Source: an uncultured delta proteobacterium (GTDB lineage Bacteria > Myxococcota_A > Polyangia > Polyangiales > Houyiibacteriaceae). Taken from it: a DNA stretch of 64,000 bases. Every line of letters begins with the position of its first letter. Position 1 is the first letter of the stretch. Position numbers and translations under genes: made by a program. Positions 1-9,843 of the stretch are shown here, piece after piece. Location: the NCBI GenBank assembly GCA_963699755.1, contig CAVOVB010000001.1, positions 640,001 through 704,000 of the forward strand, written 5' to 3'. Under the pieces are notes generated by a model. That model was not told the DNA's origin, did not search any database, and was given only the letters and a program-made list of their open reading frames with translations.

Positions 1-322
1 CGAAAATCGTGAAACGCGAGCCCAGGCCCAGCTCCTTCGCCTCCTGGCGGACGAATCGCACCCCGAAGCTATGAAAGGTCGACAGCCAGAGCTCATTCGC
101 CGTCTGCGACCCGATCATCTCGCCCAGTCGATCGCGCATCTCGTTGGCGGCTTTGTTGGTGAAAGTCACCGCCAAGATCGCTTCCGCGGGGACTCCGCTC
201 GCTAGCAATCGGGCGATACGAGCGGTGATGACGCGGGTCTTTCCGGAGCCGGCGCCGGCCAGAACCAGTAAGGGCCCTTCGTCGTGCTCCACCGCCGCGC
301 GCTGCTGTGCATTGAGTCGCAA
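1..322 (-). CDS. UvrD/Rep/PcrA superfamily 1 DNA helicase, N-terminal part (runs off window)
   Basis: Own translation (not in ORF track): [31 protein letters not shown]...[18 protein letters not shown]...STFHSF = Q motif, Walker A, motifs Ia/Ib; TTG start at 322. Confidence 0.93.
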   Translation of the reverse strand, partial: MRLNAQQRAAVEHDEGPLLVLAGAGSGKTRVITARIARLLASGVPAEAILAVTFTNKAANEMRDRLGEMIGSQTANELWLSTFHSFGVRFVRQEAKELGLGSRFTIF

Positions 323-475
323 GGTTGCCCGAGGTAGCCCGGCAGGCGCTCTAGTTCAAGGCAATAGGGCCAATCGTTCTCGCTTGCCATGGTCACGTCA
401 AACAATGGTAGAAATCGTGCGATGCGAGTGCGACGGCGACCGTTTGTCTACCCGGCCGGAGCTCCGAAGTAGATC

Positions 476-940
476 ATGGGTGAGGAAATCGAACGCAAGT
501 TCCTCGTTGCCGGAGACGGTTGGCGCGACGGGGCGGAAGCAACGAGGTATCGGCAGGGCTTTCTCGCGACTGAGCCCGAGCGGACGGTCCGTGTTCGGCT
601 GGCCGGCCCGCGCGGCTCGATCACCATCAAGGGCAAGACCGTCAGCGCACGTAGAGAAGAGTTCGAGTACGAGATCCCAGCGTCCGACGCCCAGCGGATG
701 CTCGACACCTTGTGCAAGAAGCCGCTGATCGAGAAGGTTCGCCATACCCTCCCCGTCGGACGACACGTATGGGAAATCGACGTCTTCGAGGGCGAGAACG
801 CCGGCCTAGTCGTCGCCGAAATCGAGCTTGAGAGCGAAGATGAAGCGTTCGACAAACCGGATTGGCTGGCCGAGGAAGTCACCGACGACCCCCGCTACTT
901 CAACTCCAACTTGGTCGCCAGGCCGTACCGAGCTTGGTAG
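476..940 (+). CDS. CYTH-domain protein (triphosphatase/adenylate cyclase-like)
   Basis: EIERKFLV, TIKG, EFEYEIP, WEIDVF, VAEIEL motifs. Confidence 0.92.
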   Translation: MGEEIERKFLVAGDGWRDGAEATRYRQGFLATEPERTVRVRLAGPRGSITIKGKTVSARREEFEYEIPASDAQRMLDTLCKKPLIEKVRHTLPVGRHVWEIDVFEGENAGLVVAEIELESEDEAFDKPDWLAEEVTDDPRYFNSNLVARPYRAW

Positions 941-1045
941 GTCGCTCCGGCTTCAGAAATCGGGCTCGGGAGCAGGCCCGAATCGCCTTTCGCTGGACAG
1001 GGGGTTAGGGACACCAGGTATCCTGGATGCTAAAATGCGTTTTTC

Positions 1046-1540
1046 GTGACTTCCGATCCCCCAGCCGACCTGCCCGACTGGTCGCGCGAGACGCCGCGCA
1101 GCCTCTGGGATCCGAGCCGCAGACTTCTCCAGACGATCCGGAAGTATCAGGCCTGGGACAAGCGACGAGGTCTAGTCGCGCGCCTGATGATGAAGGTCTG
1201 GGGGCTTCAACACCGATTCTGGTCGGTCGTCACCGCATCCGAGATTCCCCTGGGTTGCAAGATCGCAGGGGGCCTTTTGCTCCCGCACCCAAACGGGATC
1301 GTGATCCACCCGGACAGCCAAATCGGCCCGAACTGCTTGATCTTTCAACAGGTCACCTTGGGCACCCGGGGAGAGACAGGCGCTCCGGTGATCGGGGGTC
1401 GCGTCGACGTTGGTGCCGGCGCACGCCTACTTGGAGACATCGTGATTGGCGACTACAGCAAGGTCGGCGCCAACGCGGTCGTCATTTCATCGTTCCCGGC
1501 GGGCTCGGTGCTCAGCGGCATTCCCGCCCGGCAAATCTGA
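1046..1540 (+). CDS. Serine acetyltransferase-like hexapeptide acyltransferase (short CysE/WcaB type)
   Basis: LPHPNGIVIH...IFQQVTLG...VGAGARLLGDIVIG...VGANAVV...GIPAR left-handed beta-helix. Confidence 0.85.
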   Translation: MTSDPPADLPDWSRETPRSLWDPSRRLLQTIRKYQAWDKRRGLVARLMMKVWGLQHRFWSVVTASEIPLGCKIAGGLLLPHPNGIVIHPDSQIGPNCLIFQQVTLGTRGETGAPVIGGRVDVGAGARLLGDIVIGDYSKVGANAVVISSFPAGSVLSGIPARQI

Positions 1541-1557
1541 TGCGCTAGGCTTCGACC

Positions 1558-2013
1558 ATGCTGCTCCCACCATGCGGTCTCTATCGAACGACCCGACCGA
1601 TCGGAACGGTCGACGCCGGTCGGCTGGTCTATTTCCACAACCACGGAAACCCAGGTCCGGGCCTCTATCTTCCCAAGGAATGGCGCTTCAACCGGGCACA
1701 GTTCGAGGAGAACGGCCAGGTGTTGGGCGACGCAGGTCTGGCCCGGTTTCTACAACCACTTCCCGCCGAAGGTTTCTATCGAGTGGCCGAGTCGTTTTAT
1801 TGCTGTGAAAAGCGGTGCCGGCTCTTCGAGCAGGACGCCTTGCTGCAGCTTGGATACAATGCGGACGCCGAACCCATTCTCTTCGTTCCGGAGCTGGTCG
1901 ATTCGATGTTTGCCATCCCCGCAAAGGGTTGGAAAACGACACCCGAACTGTTCAGCAAGATGCAAGCCCTGCGAGTGCCCGTGACCAAACGGGACACGCT
2001 ACCGCCGCAATAG
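1558..2013 (+). CDS. Hypothetical protein
   Basis: 151-aa ORF, co-oriented between two real genes, protein-like composition. Confidence 0.7.
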   Translation: MLLPPCGLYRTTRPIGTVDAGRLVYFHNHGNPGPGLYLPKEWRFNRAQFEENGQVLGDAGLARFLQPLPAEGFYRVAESFYCCEKRCRLFEQDALLQLGYNADAEPILFVPELVDSMFAIPAKGWKTTPELFSKMQALRVPVTKRDTLPPQ

Positions 2014-2071
2014 CATCTGAAATTGAGCTAGGGGCTGTCGCGAGGTAGCCTTCCTGCGCTAGAGTCCGGGC

Positions 2072-3259
2072 ATGAGCACTATTGGGATTCTAACGGGTGG
2101 CGGCGATGTACCGGGTCTCAACCCGGCCATTCGCGCTGTCACGATTCGCGCACTGAGAGAGGGCCACCGCGTCATCGGCATCCGTCGAGGTTGGGCCGGC
2201 CTAGTGGACATCGTTCCCGACAAAGACGCGGACAACCGCTTGTGCGTTCAGGTTCTGACCGAGGACATCGTCGACAGGGCAGGACGGACCGGCGGCACAT
2301 TCCTGCACAGCTCCAGAACTCGCCCGAGCACCTTGCCCAAAGATCTCGTGCCGCCACATCTTCAAGACAAGTATCAAGACGACGTCAACGACATCACCGA
2401 TGAAGTGCTGAAGAACCTCGACTTCCTCGGCATCGATTGCCTGATTCCGATCGGCGGTGACGATACGCTCAGCTACGGTGCCCACCTGCATCAACGCGGC
2501 GTGCCCGTCGTTGCGATCCCTAAAACCATGGACAACGACGTCCCCGGCACCGACTACTGCATCGGGTTCAGCACCTGCGTCACGCGAACCATCGAGCTGA
2601 CGCACAAGTTGCGCACCTCCGCCGGGTCGCACGAGCGCTTCCTCGTCATCGAGGTCTTCGGTCGATACGCGGGGTATACGGCTCTGTTGCCGAGCATGGC
2701 CGGCGCTGCCAGTCGATGCGTGATACCGGAGTATCCTTTCGACATGGAGCGGCTCACCGAGCTGATGGTCTACGACCGCAACCGAAACCCCAGCAACTAC
2801 TCGGTCGTTCTCGTCTCGGAAGGGGCGACGATCGCCGGCGATTCCGACATGTCGTTCGAGGGCGAAGAAGTGGATATGTTCGGCCACCGAAAGCTCGGCG
2901 GCATCGGCGACCGCGTTGCAAACGGGCTCAAGCAGCTCTCCCCAAAGTACAACGATGGCCGGCGCGTGAACGTAGTGAGCCAGCGGCTAGGATACCTGGT
3001 TCGCTCCGGCAACCCCGATGCGCTCGACTCGATTGCACCGATGGCATTCGGAAACCTCGCCTTGGATTTGGTCACCTCCGGCACTTCAGGTCGGCTGGTC
3101 TCCGTCCACGATGGCCGCTACGGCAGCGTCCCTTTGGAAACCATCGTCGGTGCCAAGAAGGTCGTCGACGTCGAAAAGTACTACGACCCCGGGCGCATGC
3201 GTCCGAAATACAAGTCCTTCGCTGGACTCCCGCTGTTCATCATGACCAGCGACATCTAG
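2072..3259 (+). CDS. pfkA: 6-phosphofructokinase family, PPi-type signature
   Basis: GILTGGGDVPGLN, GGTFLHSSR, GGDDT, PKTMDND, EVFGR, LGYLVR. Confidence 0.93.
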   Translation: MSTIGILTGGGDVPGLNPAIRAVTIRALREGHRVIGIRRGWAGLVDIVPDKDADNRLCVQVLTEDIVDRAGRTGGTFLHSSRTRPSTLPKDLVPPHLQDKYQDDVNDITDEVLKNLDFLGIDCLIPIGGDDTLSYGAHLHQRGVPVVAIPKTMDNDVPGTDYCIGFSTCVTRTIELTHKLRTSAGSHERFLVIEVFGRYAGYTALLPSMAGAASRCVIPEYPFDMERLTELMVYDRNRNPSNYSVVLVSEGATIAGDSDMSFEGEEVDMFGHRKLGGIGDRVANGLKQLSPKYNDGRRVNVVSQRLGYLVRSGNPDALDSIAPMAFGNLALDLVTSGTSGRLVSVHDGRYGSVPLETIVGAKKVVDVEKYYDPGRMRPKYKSFAGLPLFIMTSDI

Positions 3260-3261
3260 AC

Positions 3262-4833
3262 TCATCGGCGGGTCGCGGTCCCATATCCTGGGATGCGAAT
3301 CATCGCGGGCGGCGTTTCCAGCTCCGGCACGTAGACGATGCCACCTGGAAGGTGCGAGACTCTGACCAAGGTCGCGTCGAGCTCCTCGCTCTGACCCGAG
3401 GCGTCGACCCAGTCGACGGTGAGGCTCTCGCCGAGAGGTGGGTCCTCGACCCAGAGCGTGTTGCCAATGGCGAGCTTGCCGTCGATCTCGATGATGACAG
3501 GCCGGAGGGCGAGCGGGGTCTCAGCTCGCTTGAGCGAGGCCGCGGACGGGGCCGTCACCGCGATGAGTCGCTCATAGAGCAAGGCATAGTTGTAGTCACT
3601 GATCCAGACGGGGCCGCAGTAGCCCATCACGTCACGATGTTGAGTATCGACGAGCTGCTGCGCCGCGATGTCGAAACCGAGCACACCAATCCCGCCGTCA
3701 ACATATGGGAAGTCGGGATCTGCGCCTGATGCTCCGCCGCAGGGTGCATGATAAAGTCCTAGGGTGTGCCCGATCTCGTGCACAAAGGTGCCCACTCCAT
3801 CCTCGTAGAGTAGGCCGATGGCAGCGCGGCTGAACGCGTCACCCGCGCCCGGTACAGGACCAAGGCCGGCAACGCAGCCCTGCGAACAGAAGTCGGCCGC
3901 ATCATCGCTCGGGCGAACCGCGCAATAATAATAGGTGTTCGCGCTCGCACCATCGTTGGCACGAAGCGAGAGGCACTCACTGAGAAGATCAGACCAGCCC
4001 TCGCCATCCGCCCCAATCTGGCGATCGAAGTCGAGAGGAGTCTGACGAATCGAGACCTCCAAATCGACGAGCGGAAACATGCCATACATTCGCTCCGTGA
4101 AGCGCGCGACGGTTGCTGCATCGATGTTCGGCGTACGGTTGGAGCCATCCGTTTGATAGACAACGGGCACCAATACGATTCGAAACGGCCCCGGGGGCGC
4201 CTCGGCGCCGAGTGACTGAGTATTCGAAGCGGGATACCGCGACCCGCTGACGGCGCCCGCGTAGCTCTCACAGGGCTCGAGCTCCAGAAGCTCGAGCGAA
4301 AAGGTAGCGTTCTCAGCCAGCTCGCCCCGTGCAATTGGGAAGTTGATCGTGCTAGCGAGATCCCCTGCACTGGACGCGTCGGTAACGCGCTTCTGAACGG
4401 CCTTCGTCGTTCCGCCGAGCGTGAGCCTTGCGACGATCTCGCGCGCCTCCCACCCGGCTTGCGGCTCGACGAAGACACGGAGCACGCCGTCCCGAGAGGC
4501 GACGACGGGCGTCTGTTGGTTGCTCGCGAGCACGCCTTGGTCCGCGACGAGAACCGACACGCCTTGGTTGATAGAGACGTCGCTGATCCGCAGTGACCGC
4601 GCAGGCAGTGGAGCCGCCGTCGCAGGATCGCAGACGGGGGGCGGTGGCACGCTTCCGTCCGGCGTCAAATCTGCGACGGGGTCATCCTCGAGACCAGCAT
4701 CCAGGCCGCTGCGTGGCGGTGCCGGGTCGGCGAGCTCAGACGAGTCTACCTCGCCACCTTCTCCAATCACACCGGTGCATCCCGAGAGCAGCAGAGCGCA
4801 GAACGCTAGCTTCGAACTGATCTCGAGCTGCAT
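3262..4833 (-). CDS. Lipoprotein zinc metallopeptidase (M66-like)
   Basis: Lipobox LLSGC; HEIGHTLGLYH (HExxHxxGxxH) and DVMGYC Met-turn. Confidence 0.8.
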   Translation of the reverse strand: MQLEISSKLAFCALLLSGCTGVIGEGGEVDSSELADPAPPRSGLDAGLEDDPVADLTPDGSVPPPPVCDPATAAPLPARSLRISDVSINQGVSVLVADQGVLASNQQTPVVASRDGVLRVFVEPQAGWEAREIVARLTLGGTTKAVQKRVTDASSAGDLASTINFPIARGELAENATFSLELLELEPCESYAGAVSGSRYPASNTQSLGAEAPPGPFRIVLVPVVYQTDGSNRTPNIDAATVARFTERMYGMFPLVDLEVSIRQTPLDFDRQIGADGEGWSDLLSECLSLRANDGASANTYYYCAVRPSDDAADFCSQGCVAGLGPVPGAGDAFSRAAIGLLYEDGVGTFVHEIGHTLGLYHAPCGGASGADPDFPYVDGGIGVLGFDIAAQQLVDTQHRDVMGYCGPVWISDYNYALLYERLIAVTAPSAASLKRAETPLALRPVIIEIDGKLAIGNTLWVEDPPLGESLTVDWVDASGQSEELDATLVRVSHLPGGIVYVPELETPPAMIRIPGYGTATRR

Positions 4834-4932
4834 CTATCCAAGCTAGAGCGCAGGGGCCCTCGTGGCTGTAATTGTTTGTGACGCGTCGAAAAGACGGTCC
4901 ATTTTTCAGGTGTTTTGGGCTAGATCTGGGGA

Positions 4933-6747
4933 TCAGAGGGCGTCGCAGACTTCCCTCGGGACGCAGCTCCGAGTGCCCAGGCCGATGTCGCAGCATGCCA
5001 AGTCTACGCCGGGGATGGTCAGACAGTCGCCGTCGTCTACGCACGTGCCATCGATCGGACCAATATCGCCGCTGCAGATCGAACCCGTGTCCTCGCTCGC
5101 GCCGGTACAGGCCTCGAGCACCTGCTGCTCCGCAGCGGTGAGCGTGATGGTCTCGTCGTTTGGACATACGATGGTGATGTCGGAGGTTTCGGAGTCCGTC
5201 ACGAACTGGAAGGTCTCGTCGTTCTGGTTGGTGAAGTTCAGGATGACGTCGGTGTCTGCGGAGGCCAGGTCGAGCATGCTCGTGCCACAAACCACCCCGT
5301 CTGCATTGATGAACTGGCTGTTGCCGCCCAAGCTCGTCTCGATCCGCGCGCCATTTTCGTATGTGATGCCGCTGAGACTGAACATGCAGCTGCCCTGTGG
5401 GTTCCAGCACAAGAAGATGTCGCCAAAGCCCTCGGCACAGGTCCCGCTAAAGGTCGAGGCCGTCTGCACGTTGTCACAGGTCACCACGATCCCATCGGGT
5501 AAGACGACCACGCCGCGACGAATCGTGAACGTTCCCACGTCCGTGCAGCGGGTATCGCCGGGCGTTGGGGGTACGTCCGTGTCCTCACTGCCCGACGTCA
5601 CTTCTCGAATCTCGCCGCCTTCGTTATCATGTGAAACCGAGACGGAAACTTGGGAGCTTTTGCGGACCGCCAGATAGAACCGGCCACCCTCGACCGTCGA
5701 AGCGCTCGAGCTGCCAAAATAGTCGAGGCCTTTTGCGTCGACCTCAGCCCCTTCGATGGGATCGCCGTTCTCGTCGACCGCCACGCCGGTGATGCACGTC
5801 GCTTCCGCCGTCTTGTCCGCGTTCCACGCCGACATGTGGCTGATTTCACCAACATACGTGTTGCTCACTGGGTCGAGTGTCGCAGTGCCCTCCTCGACCC
5901 ATTGACCCGTCCCTTCGTCGAGGCTCCACAGCGGAATCGTCGCGGGAAGCTCGCCCGGCTCAATGCCGGCCGGCGCCGGAATGCGAATCTCAAGAGTCTC
6001 CCCAGGGGCCACCTGCAACTCGTCTTCGCCTTGCATGATCGTGACATCGACCATGCCGAAAGACTCGAGCAGTGAGACATCGCCCGTTGAACGCCCCTCG
6101 AAGCTGCCCGTCAACGCTTGCACCTCGTCACTCACGGACGGATCGACCGGCGTAAGGTGCACGTCGACCATCCCCGTCACGGAGGCACCACCGGGACTAC
6201 TCAGGGCACCCGGATCGATCATGACGGTCGCATTGCGCGAACCCGATACCATCCCGCCCGTATCCGCGTTCACAGGCGTCGCCGCCGCTCGTTCTCGAAG
6301 GGTGACGTGCGATGCAGTGGGAGAACCGTCGGCGATCGTAACCTTGCGAACCGTCGGCAGGTACCCGTCTGCCGCGAAGCTGGCTACCGCCGGACCGCTG
6401 CTCGTCTGGATCGCGAACTCACCTTTGCTGTCGGTCGTTGCGGAGACTCCGTTCACTTCGACAGTCACCCCGGCGATCGGACCGGAGGCCCCTTCGATAG
6501 TGCCGAAGAGCCCTGTCTTCAGCGTATTTGTGCTGCTGTCGCCACCCCCATCGCTGTCCTCACCGCAACTTGCGACGGACGCGACCAAGACCAAGGCCAA
6601 GAGGAATAACGATCTGCAAGTCGAGTAGCCTTCATGCCCGTGTTTCTCATACGCTTCCGAAACACGCAAGATTTGGCCGATCGACGACTGTGTTCGAGCG
6701 AGTGCACGACGTTCCCAGGAGCCGGAAGCAAGCAAGGAAGAAACCAC
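4933..6747 (-). CDS. Lipoprotein with carboxypeptidase-regulatory-like beta-sandwich repeats and Cys-rich C-terminus (true start uncertain, probably ~6600-6672)
   Basis: Lipobox VASC; PIAGVTVEV...TTDSKGEF and PIEGAEV repeats; WSLDEGTGQWVEEG. Confidence 0.75.
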   Translation of the reverse strand: MVSSLLASGSWERRALARTQSSIGQILRVSEAYEKHGHEGYSTCRSLFLLALVLVASVASCGEDSDGGGDSSTNTLKTGLFGTIEGASGPIAGVTVEVNGVSATTDSKGEFAIQTSSGPAVASFAADGYLPTVRKVTIADGSPTASHVTLRERAAATPVNADTGGMVSGSRNATVMIDPGALSSPGGASVTGMVDVHLTPVDPSVSDEVQALTGSFEGRSTGDVSLLESFGMVDVTIMQGEDELQVAPGETLEIRIPAPAGIEPGELPATIPLWSLDEGTGQWVEEGTATLDPVSNTYVGEISHMSAWNADKTAEATCITGVAVDENGDPIEGAEVDAKGLDYFGSSSASTVEGGRFYLAVRKSSQVSVSVSHDNEGGEIREVTSGSEDTDVPPTPGDTRCTDVGTFTIRRGVVVLPDGIVVTCDNVQTASTFSGTCAEGFGDIFLCWNPQGSCMFSLSGITYENGARIETSLGGNSQFINADGVVCGTSMLDLASADTDVILNFTNQNDETFQFVTDSETSDITIVCPNDETITLTAAEQQVLEACTGASEDTGSICSGDIGPIDGTCVDDGDCLTIPGVDLACCDIGLGTRSCVPREVCDAL

Positions 6748-6916
6748 CTGTTGTCAGGATGTCGAACGCACGGTCGATCCAGGTGCTCGCCAGCCGCTTC
6801 GCGCAGGACGCGGCGGCGAGAGCTCGGCCGAAAGAAAGCCGATCCGGCCCTTAATCCGTTTCTCCGCTGCCGGCGTAGGCCGAACAGAACCGGCAGTCAG
6901 CCCAGCGGAGAAAAAG

Positions 6917-7468
6917 ATGGACCTCAAGCTCAACACGACCGTTCGCCAAGCCGCTCTCACCGTTTTCGCCGCGTTGATCGTGCTCACGTCCGGCTGCGGA
7001 GACGGCTTCCTCCTCGATGGAACCGGCATTCTCAACGCGGCTCTTTCCAAGCAGCTGAGGGAACGTATGGGCAGTGCCGAGGTCGACGTGCTCGAATACA
7101 CGGTCTGCAAAGTCGAAGGCACCAGGGACTCCACAGCCGGCTGTGAGGGAGTCTCGGGCACCGGAATCGAAGTCTTCGTCGACGGCAAGAGCGTCATCTT
7201 CGACTTCTCCAACGTCGCGAAGAGCGGCAAGATCTCCGAGACGGGCTTCGAAGGCTATGTTCTGTCCATGACCGAGCATTCCCGCGTTCCGCCCATCCTC
7301 GAAGCGGTAGTCGATGCTGCCAAGTCCCGGATCAGCTCCCCAAATATCGACGTTCGATTTGACGATGAGAACGTCGCAGTGAACTTCCAGGGCCTCGACT
7401 ACGATGACAGCACCTTCATCAAGGTCGACCTGGTCTTCGATGACGCTACTTGCACATCCTCTCCCTGA
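6917..7468 (+). CDS. Hypothetical lipoprotein
   Basis: GGAG RBS, signal peptide with LTSGC lipobox. Confidence 0.75.
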   Translation: MDLKLNTTVRQAALTVFAALIVLTSGCGDGFLLDGTGILNAALSKQLRERMGSAEVDVLEYTVCKVEGTRDSTAGCEGVSGTGIEVFVDGKSVIFDFSNVAKSGKISETGFEGYVLSMTEHSRVPPILEAVVDAAKSRISSPNIDVRFDDENVAVNFQGLDYDDSTFIKVDLVFDDATCTSSP

Positions 7469-7475
7469 TGAATCA

Positions 7476-7505
7476 GAAAGCCCGTCTCTCTCGAGACGGG
7501 CTTTC
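7476..7505. terminator. Probable bidirectional intrinsic terminator
   Basis: 13-bp perfect stem GAAAGCCCGTCTC-tctc-GAGACGGGCTTTC between convergent genes. Confidence 0.75.
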
Positions 7506-7555
7506 ATCATTCGGGCGATGGCTGACCCTGCCAGAGAGCAGCCCCTGCAGTTGCA

Positions 7556-7819
7556 TTAGCCGGAATTGCGACGGCGCCGATGCCGCAGACGGATCGGCCC
7601 CCAGTCGTCGGGGTCGTCATCGATTTCCTCGTCGTCGGTCCAGGACCCGTCGACCCGCGGCTCGTCCTCCGAGTCCAGGAGGAGCGGCTCCCAGTCGTTC
7701 AGGCTGTCTTCCGAAGGTTGGCAATTGGGGTCTGCCCAGGGATCTTCCTCGAACCAGTCCATTTCGCTGCGACGTCGGTGAAGCCGACCGCGCCTCGTTC
7801 CCTCGCTTCGCATAGGCAT
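7556..7819 (-). CDS. Small Asp/Trp-rich protein with Arg-rich ends (87 aa)
   Basis: GGAGG RBS 6 nt before ATG 7819; sigma54-type promoter upstream; ends just before terminator. Confidence 0.6.
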   Translation of the reverse strand: MPMRSEGTRRGRLHRRRSEMDWFEEDPWADPNCQPSEDSLNDWEPLLLDSEDEPRVDGSWTDDEEIDDDPDDWGPIRLRHRRRRNSG

Positions 7820-7866
7820 CTGAAACCTCCCTTTCTCCAAGGCTAGTACCGGGTGAAAATCCGGGA

Positions 7867-7881
7867 GCACGTTTCGTGCCA
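7867..7881 (-). promoter_or_regulatory. sigma54 -24/-12 promoter
   Basis: TGGCACGAAACGTGC on minus strand, GG-N10-GC spacing. Confidence 0.65.
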
Positions 7882-7956
7882 CCGACTACCGGCACGTCTC
7901 ATGCCCGTCTTCGGCTCGTCTTTCCGCGAACGCGCTGCTTGCGACTGGTGCCCATA

Positions 7957-8005
7957 GTGCAGAAGCTGCACTGGCAAGCTTCCGGGTTCGATGCAGCTTC
8001 TGCGC
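7957..8005. promoter_or_regulatory. Pair of palindromic activator (UAS-like) sites
   Basis: GTGCAGAAGCTGCAC (7957-7971) and inverted copy ATGCAGCTTCTGCGC (7991-8005) between two divergent sigma54 promoters. Confidence 0.55.
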
Positions 8006-8065
8006 TCTGGTTTCGGGGGCTCCGGGTTCCCCTTTCCGCCGCCAGAACACGGGGGATCGAGGGAC

Positions 8066-8080
8066 GGGCACAGTGCTTGC
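8066..8080 (+). promoter_or_regulatory. sigma54 -24/-12 promoter
   Basis: GGGCACAGTGCTTGC, GG-N10-GC with TTGC. Confidence 0.6.
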
Positions 8081-8094
8081 TTCCGATCGAAGCC

Positions 8095-8337
8095 ATGAAG
8101 AGTGCAATCACCGACGTCATCGCTCCCGAGGTGATCCGAGAAATCCGTCTCGAAATCGAGGTGCTGCTGGAGACAGCTGAGAACATACAGGCGGGCCTCG
8201 AGACCGGGCGATTCGACGAGGTGGCTCGGAACGCAGCAGAGCTGGGTCAGGTCGTGCGCAGGCACGTTCTTCTCGTGAATGGCATCCTCGATGTCCTCAG
8301 CCCCGACGATATTTCAGCCCCCGGAGAAGCTCGATAG
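8095..8337 (+). CDS. Small helical hypothetical protein (80 aa)
   Basis: MKSAITDVIAPEVIREIRLEIEVLLETAENIQAGL...; amphipathic helices; follows the sigma54 site. Confidence 0.6.
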   Translation: MKSAITDVIAPEVIREIRLEIEVLLETAENIQAGLETGRFDEVARNAAELGQVVRRHVLLVNGILDVLSPDDISAPGEAR

Positions 8338-8353
8338 CACCTAGAGCCGATTC

Positions 8354-9748
8354 TCATTTCTCGCGCGCCGACGAGGCGCGCGTGGCGAGCCCCCACTCCT
8401 GGAGCCGGTACTGAATCGTTCGTTTGCTCACACCCAGAATCCTGGCTGCCTTCGTCGGCGACCCCCCGACGGCTTCGAGCGTCCGCATGATGGTGTACCG
8501 TTCGACTTCGGCCAAGGTCACCCCCGGAACCAGCAGGCTCAGCGGCTCGACCTCGCGGTCCGGTGGCTCGATGGCTAGATCTTCGGTGCCGATGAGATCG
8601 CTCTCGCAGAGCACCACCGCCTGCTCGATAGCGTGTTGAAGCTCCCGCACGTTCCCCGGCCAGGGGTAAGCAAGCAGAGCGTCTCGGGCGCGCGGGGTGA
8701 AGCCGCGCACCTGCTTGGCATTCTCGTCTGCGTAGAGGCGGAGGAAATGGTCGGCGAGCAGCGGGATGTCGCTCGGCCGCGCACGAATCGGAGGAACGTC
8801 GAGGACGACCACCTTGAGGCGGAAATAAAGATCTTCTCTGAACTTTCCGTCATCGACCAGCGTTCTGAGGTCCTGGTTGGTCGCGGCGACGACTCTTACG
8901 TTCACCGTGACGGTCTCATTGCCTCCGACGCGCTCGAATTCTCGCTCCTGCAGGAATCGAAGCAGCTTCAGCTGAACCGAGAGTGGCATCTCGCTCAGCT
9001 CGTCGAGAAAGAGTGTGCCACCCTCTGCCTGCTCAAATCGCCCACTCCTGCGTGTGATGGCTCCGGTGAAGGCTCCCCTCTCATGCCCGAAAAGCTCGGA
9101 TTCGAGGACGCTCTCGGCCAGGGCCGCACAGTTCAGTCGAACTAGGGGCCCATCGCTTCTGAGCGAGTGCTCGTGAATTGCCTTTGCGATCAGCTCCTTC
9201 CCTGTCCCCGTTTCGCCTTGAATCAGCACCGTCGAGCGGCTCTGCGCAGCTTGGAGCATGCGATTGAGAAGGCGCTGCATCGTCGGGTGAGCGCCTATGA
9301 TGTGATCCAGACGCGTCGTCGGCAGGGCGACGGCAACCTCGGACCGAGCGTCGATCGCATCCCTGGCGTGGATCGGCTTGTCCATGGAGCGCTCGACGAC
9401 GAGGGCCAACGCGTCCGGTCGGATGGGCCGGGTGAGGCAGCGGTCGGCGCCGTGCTGCATGGCCTTCACGGCGGTGTCCGTCGAACCCGACTCGCCTATC
9501 GCGATGAAGGAGGCTGACGGAAGGATCGCTCTGGCCTGCCGAAGGAATCTGTATCCGTCGATTCCGTCGAGATCGAGCTCGACGAGCACCACATCGGGGA
9601 CTGACCGCTCCAGCAGGTCGAGAGCCTCCGCCGCGTCAGCGGCAGTGTCGACCACGTGACCCATCGCGACAAGCTCGTCCCGCAGCTCCGCTTGAATCTT
9701 CCCGTCGCTTTCTACGACCAGGATACGGCCAGTGTGCTCTCGAGTCAC
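8354..9748 (-). CDS. sigma54-dependent enhancer-binding protein (NtrC-like) with degenerate receiver domain
   Basis: [36 protein letters not shown], Fis-type HTH; GTG start 9748. Confidence 0.93.
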   Translation of the reverse strand: MTREHTGRILVVESDGKIQAELRDELVAMGHVVDTAADAAEALDLLERSVPDVVLVELDLDGIDGYRFLRQARAILPSASFIAIGESGSTDTAVKAMQHGADRCLTRPIRPDALALVVERSMDKPIHARDAIDARSEVAVALPTTRLDHIIGAHPTMQRLLNRMLQAAQSRSTVLIQGETGTGKELIAKAIHEHSLRSDGPLVRLNCAALAESVLESELFGHERGAFTGAITRRSGRFEQAEGGTLFLDELSEMPLSVQLKLLRFLQEREFERVGGNETVTVNVRVVAATNQDLRTLVDDGKFREDLYFRLKVVVLDVPPIRARPSDIPLLADHFLRLYADENAKQVRGFTPRARDALLAYPWPGNVRELQHAIEQAVVLCESDLIGTEDLAIEPPDREVEPLSLLVPGVTLAEVERYTIMRTLEAVGGSPTKAARILGVSKRTIQYRLQEWGLATRASSAREK

Positions 9749-9843
9749 GGCGCAAGAATGGCCTGGCCGTGACGCCGCGTCCACGGGTCGCGCAACCGGG
9801 AACTGCTCGCCACGCACCCCGTGCGCCCTGGCAACCTAAACGA

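Noticed and set aside
6600..6650. Possible frameshift in the signal peptide of the 4933-6747 lipoprotein (ATGs at 6650 and 6635 are out of frame)
   Set aside because: In-frame alternative starts exist and it cannot be resolved without homologues or reads.
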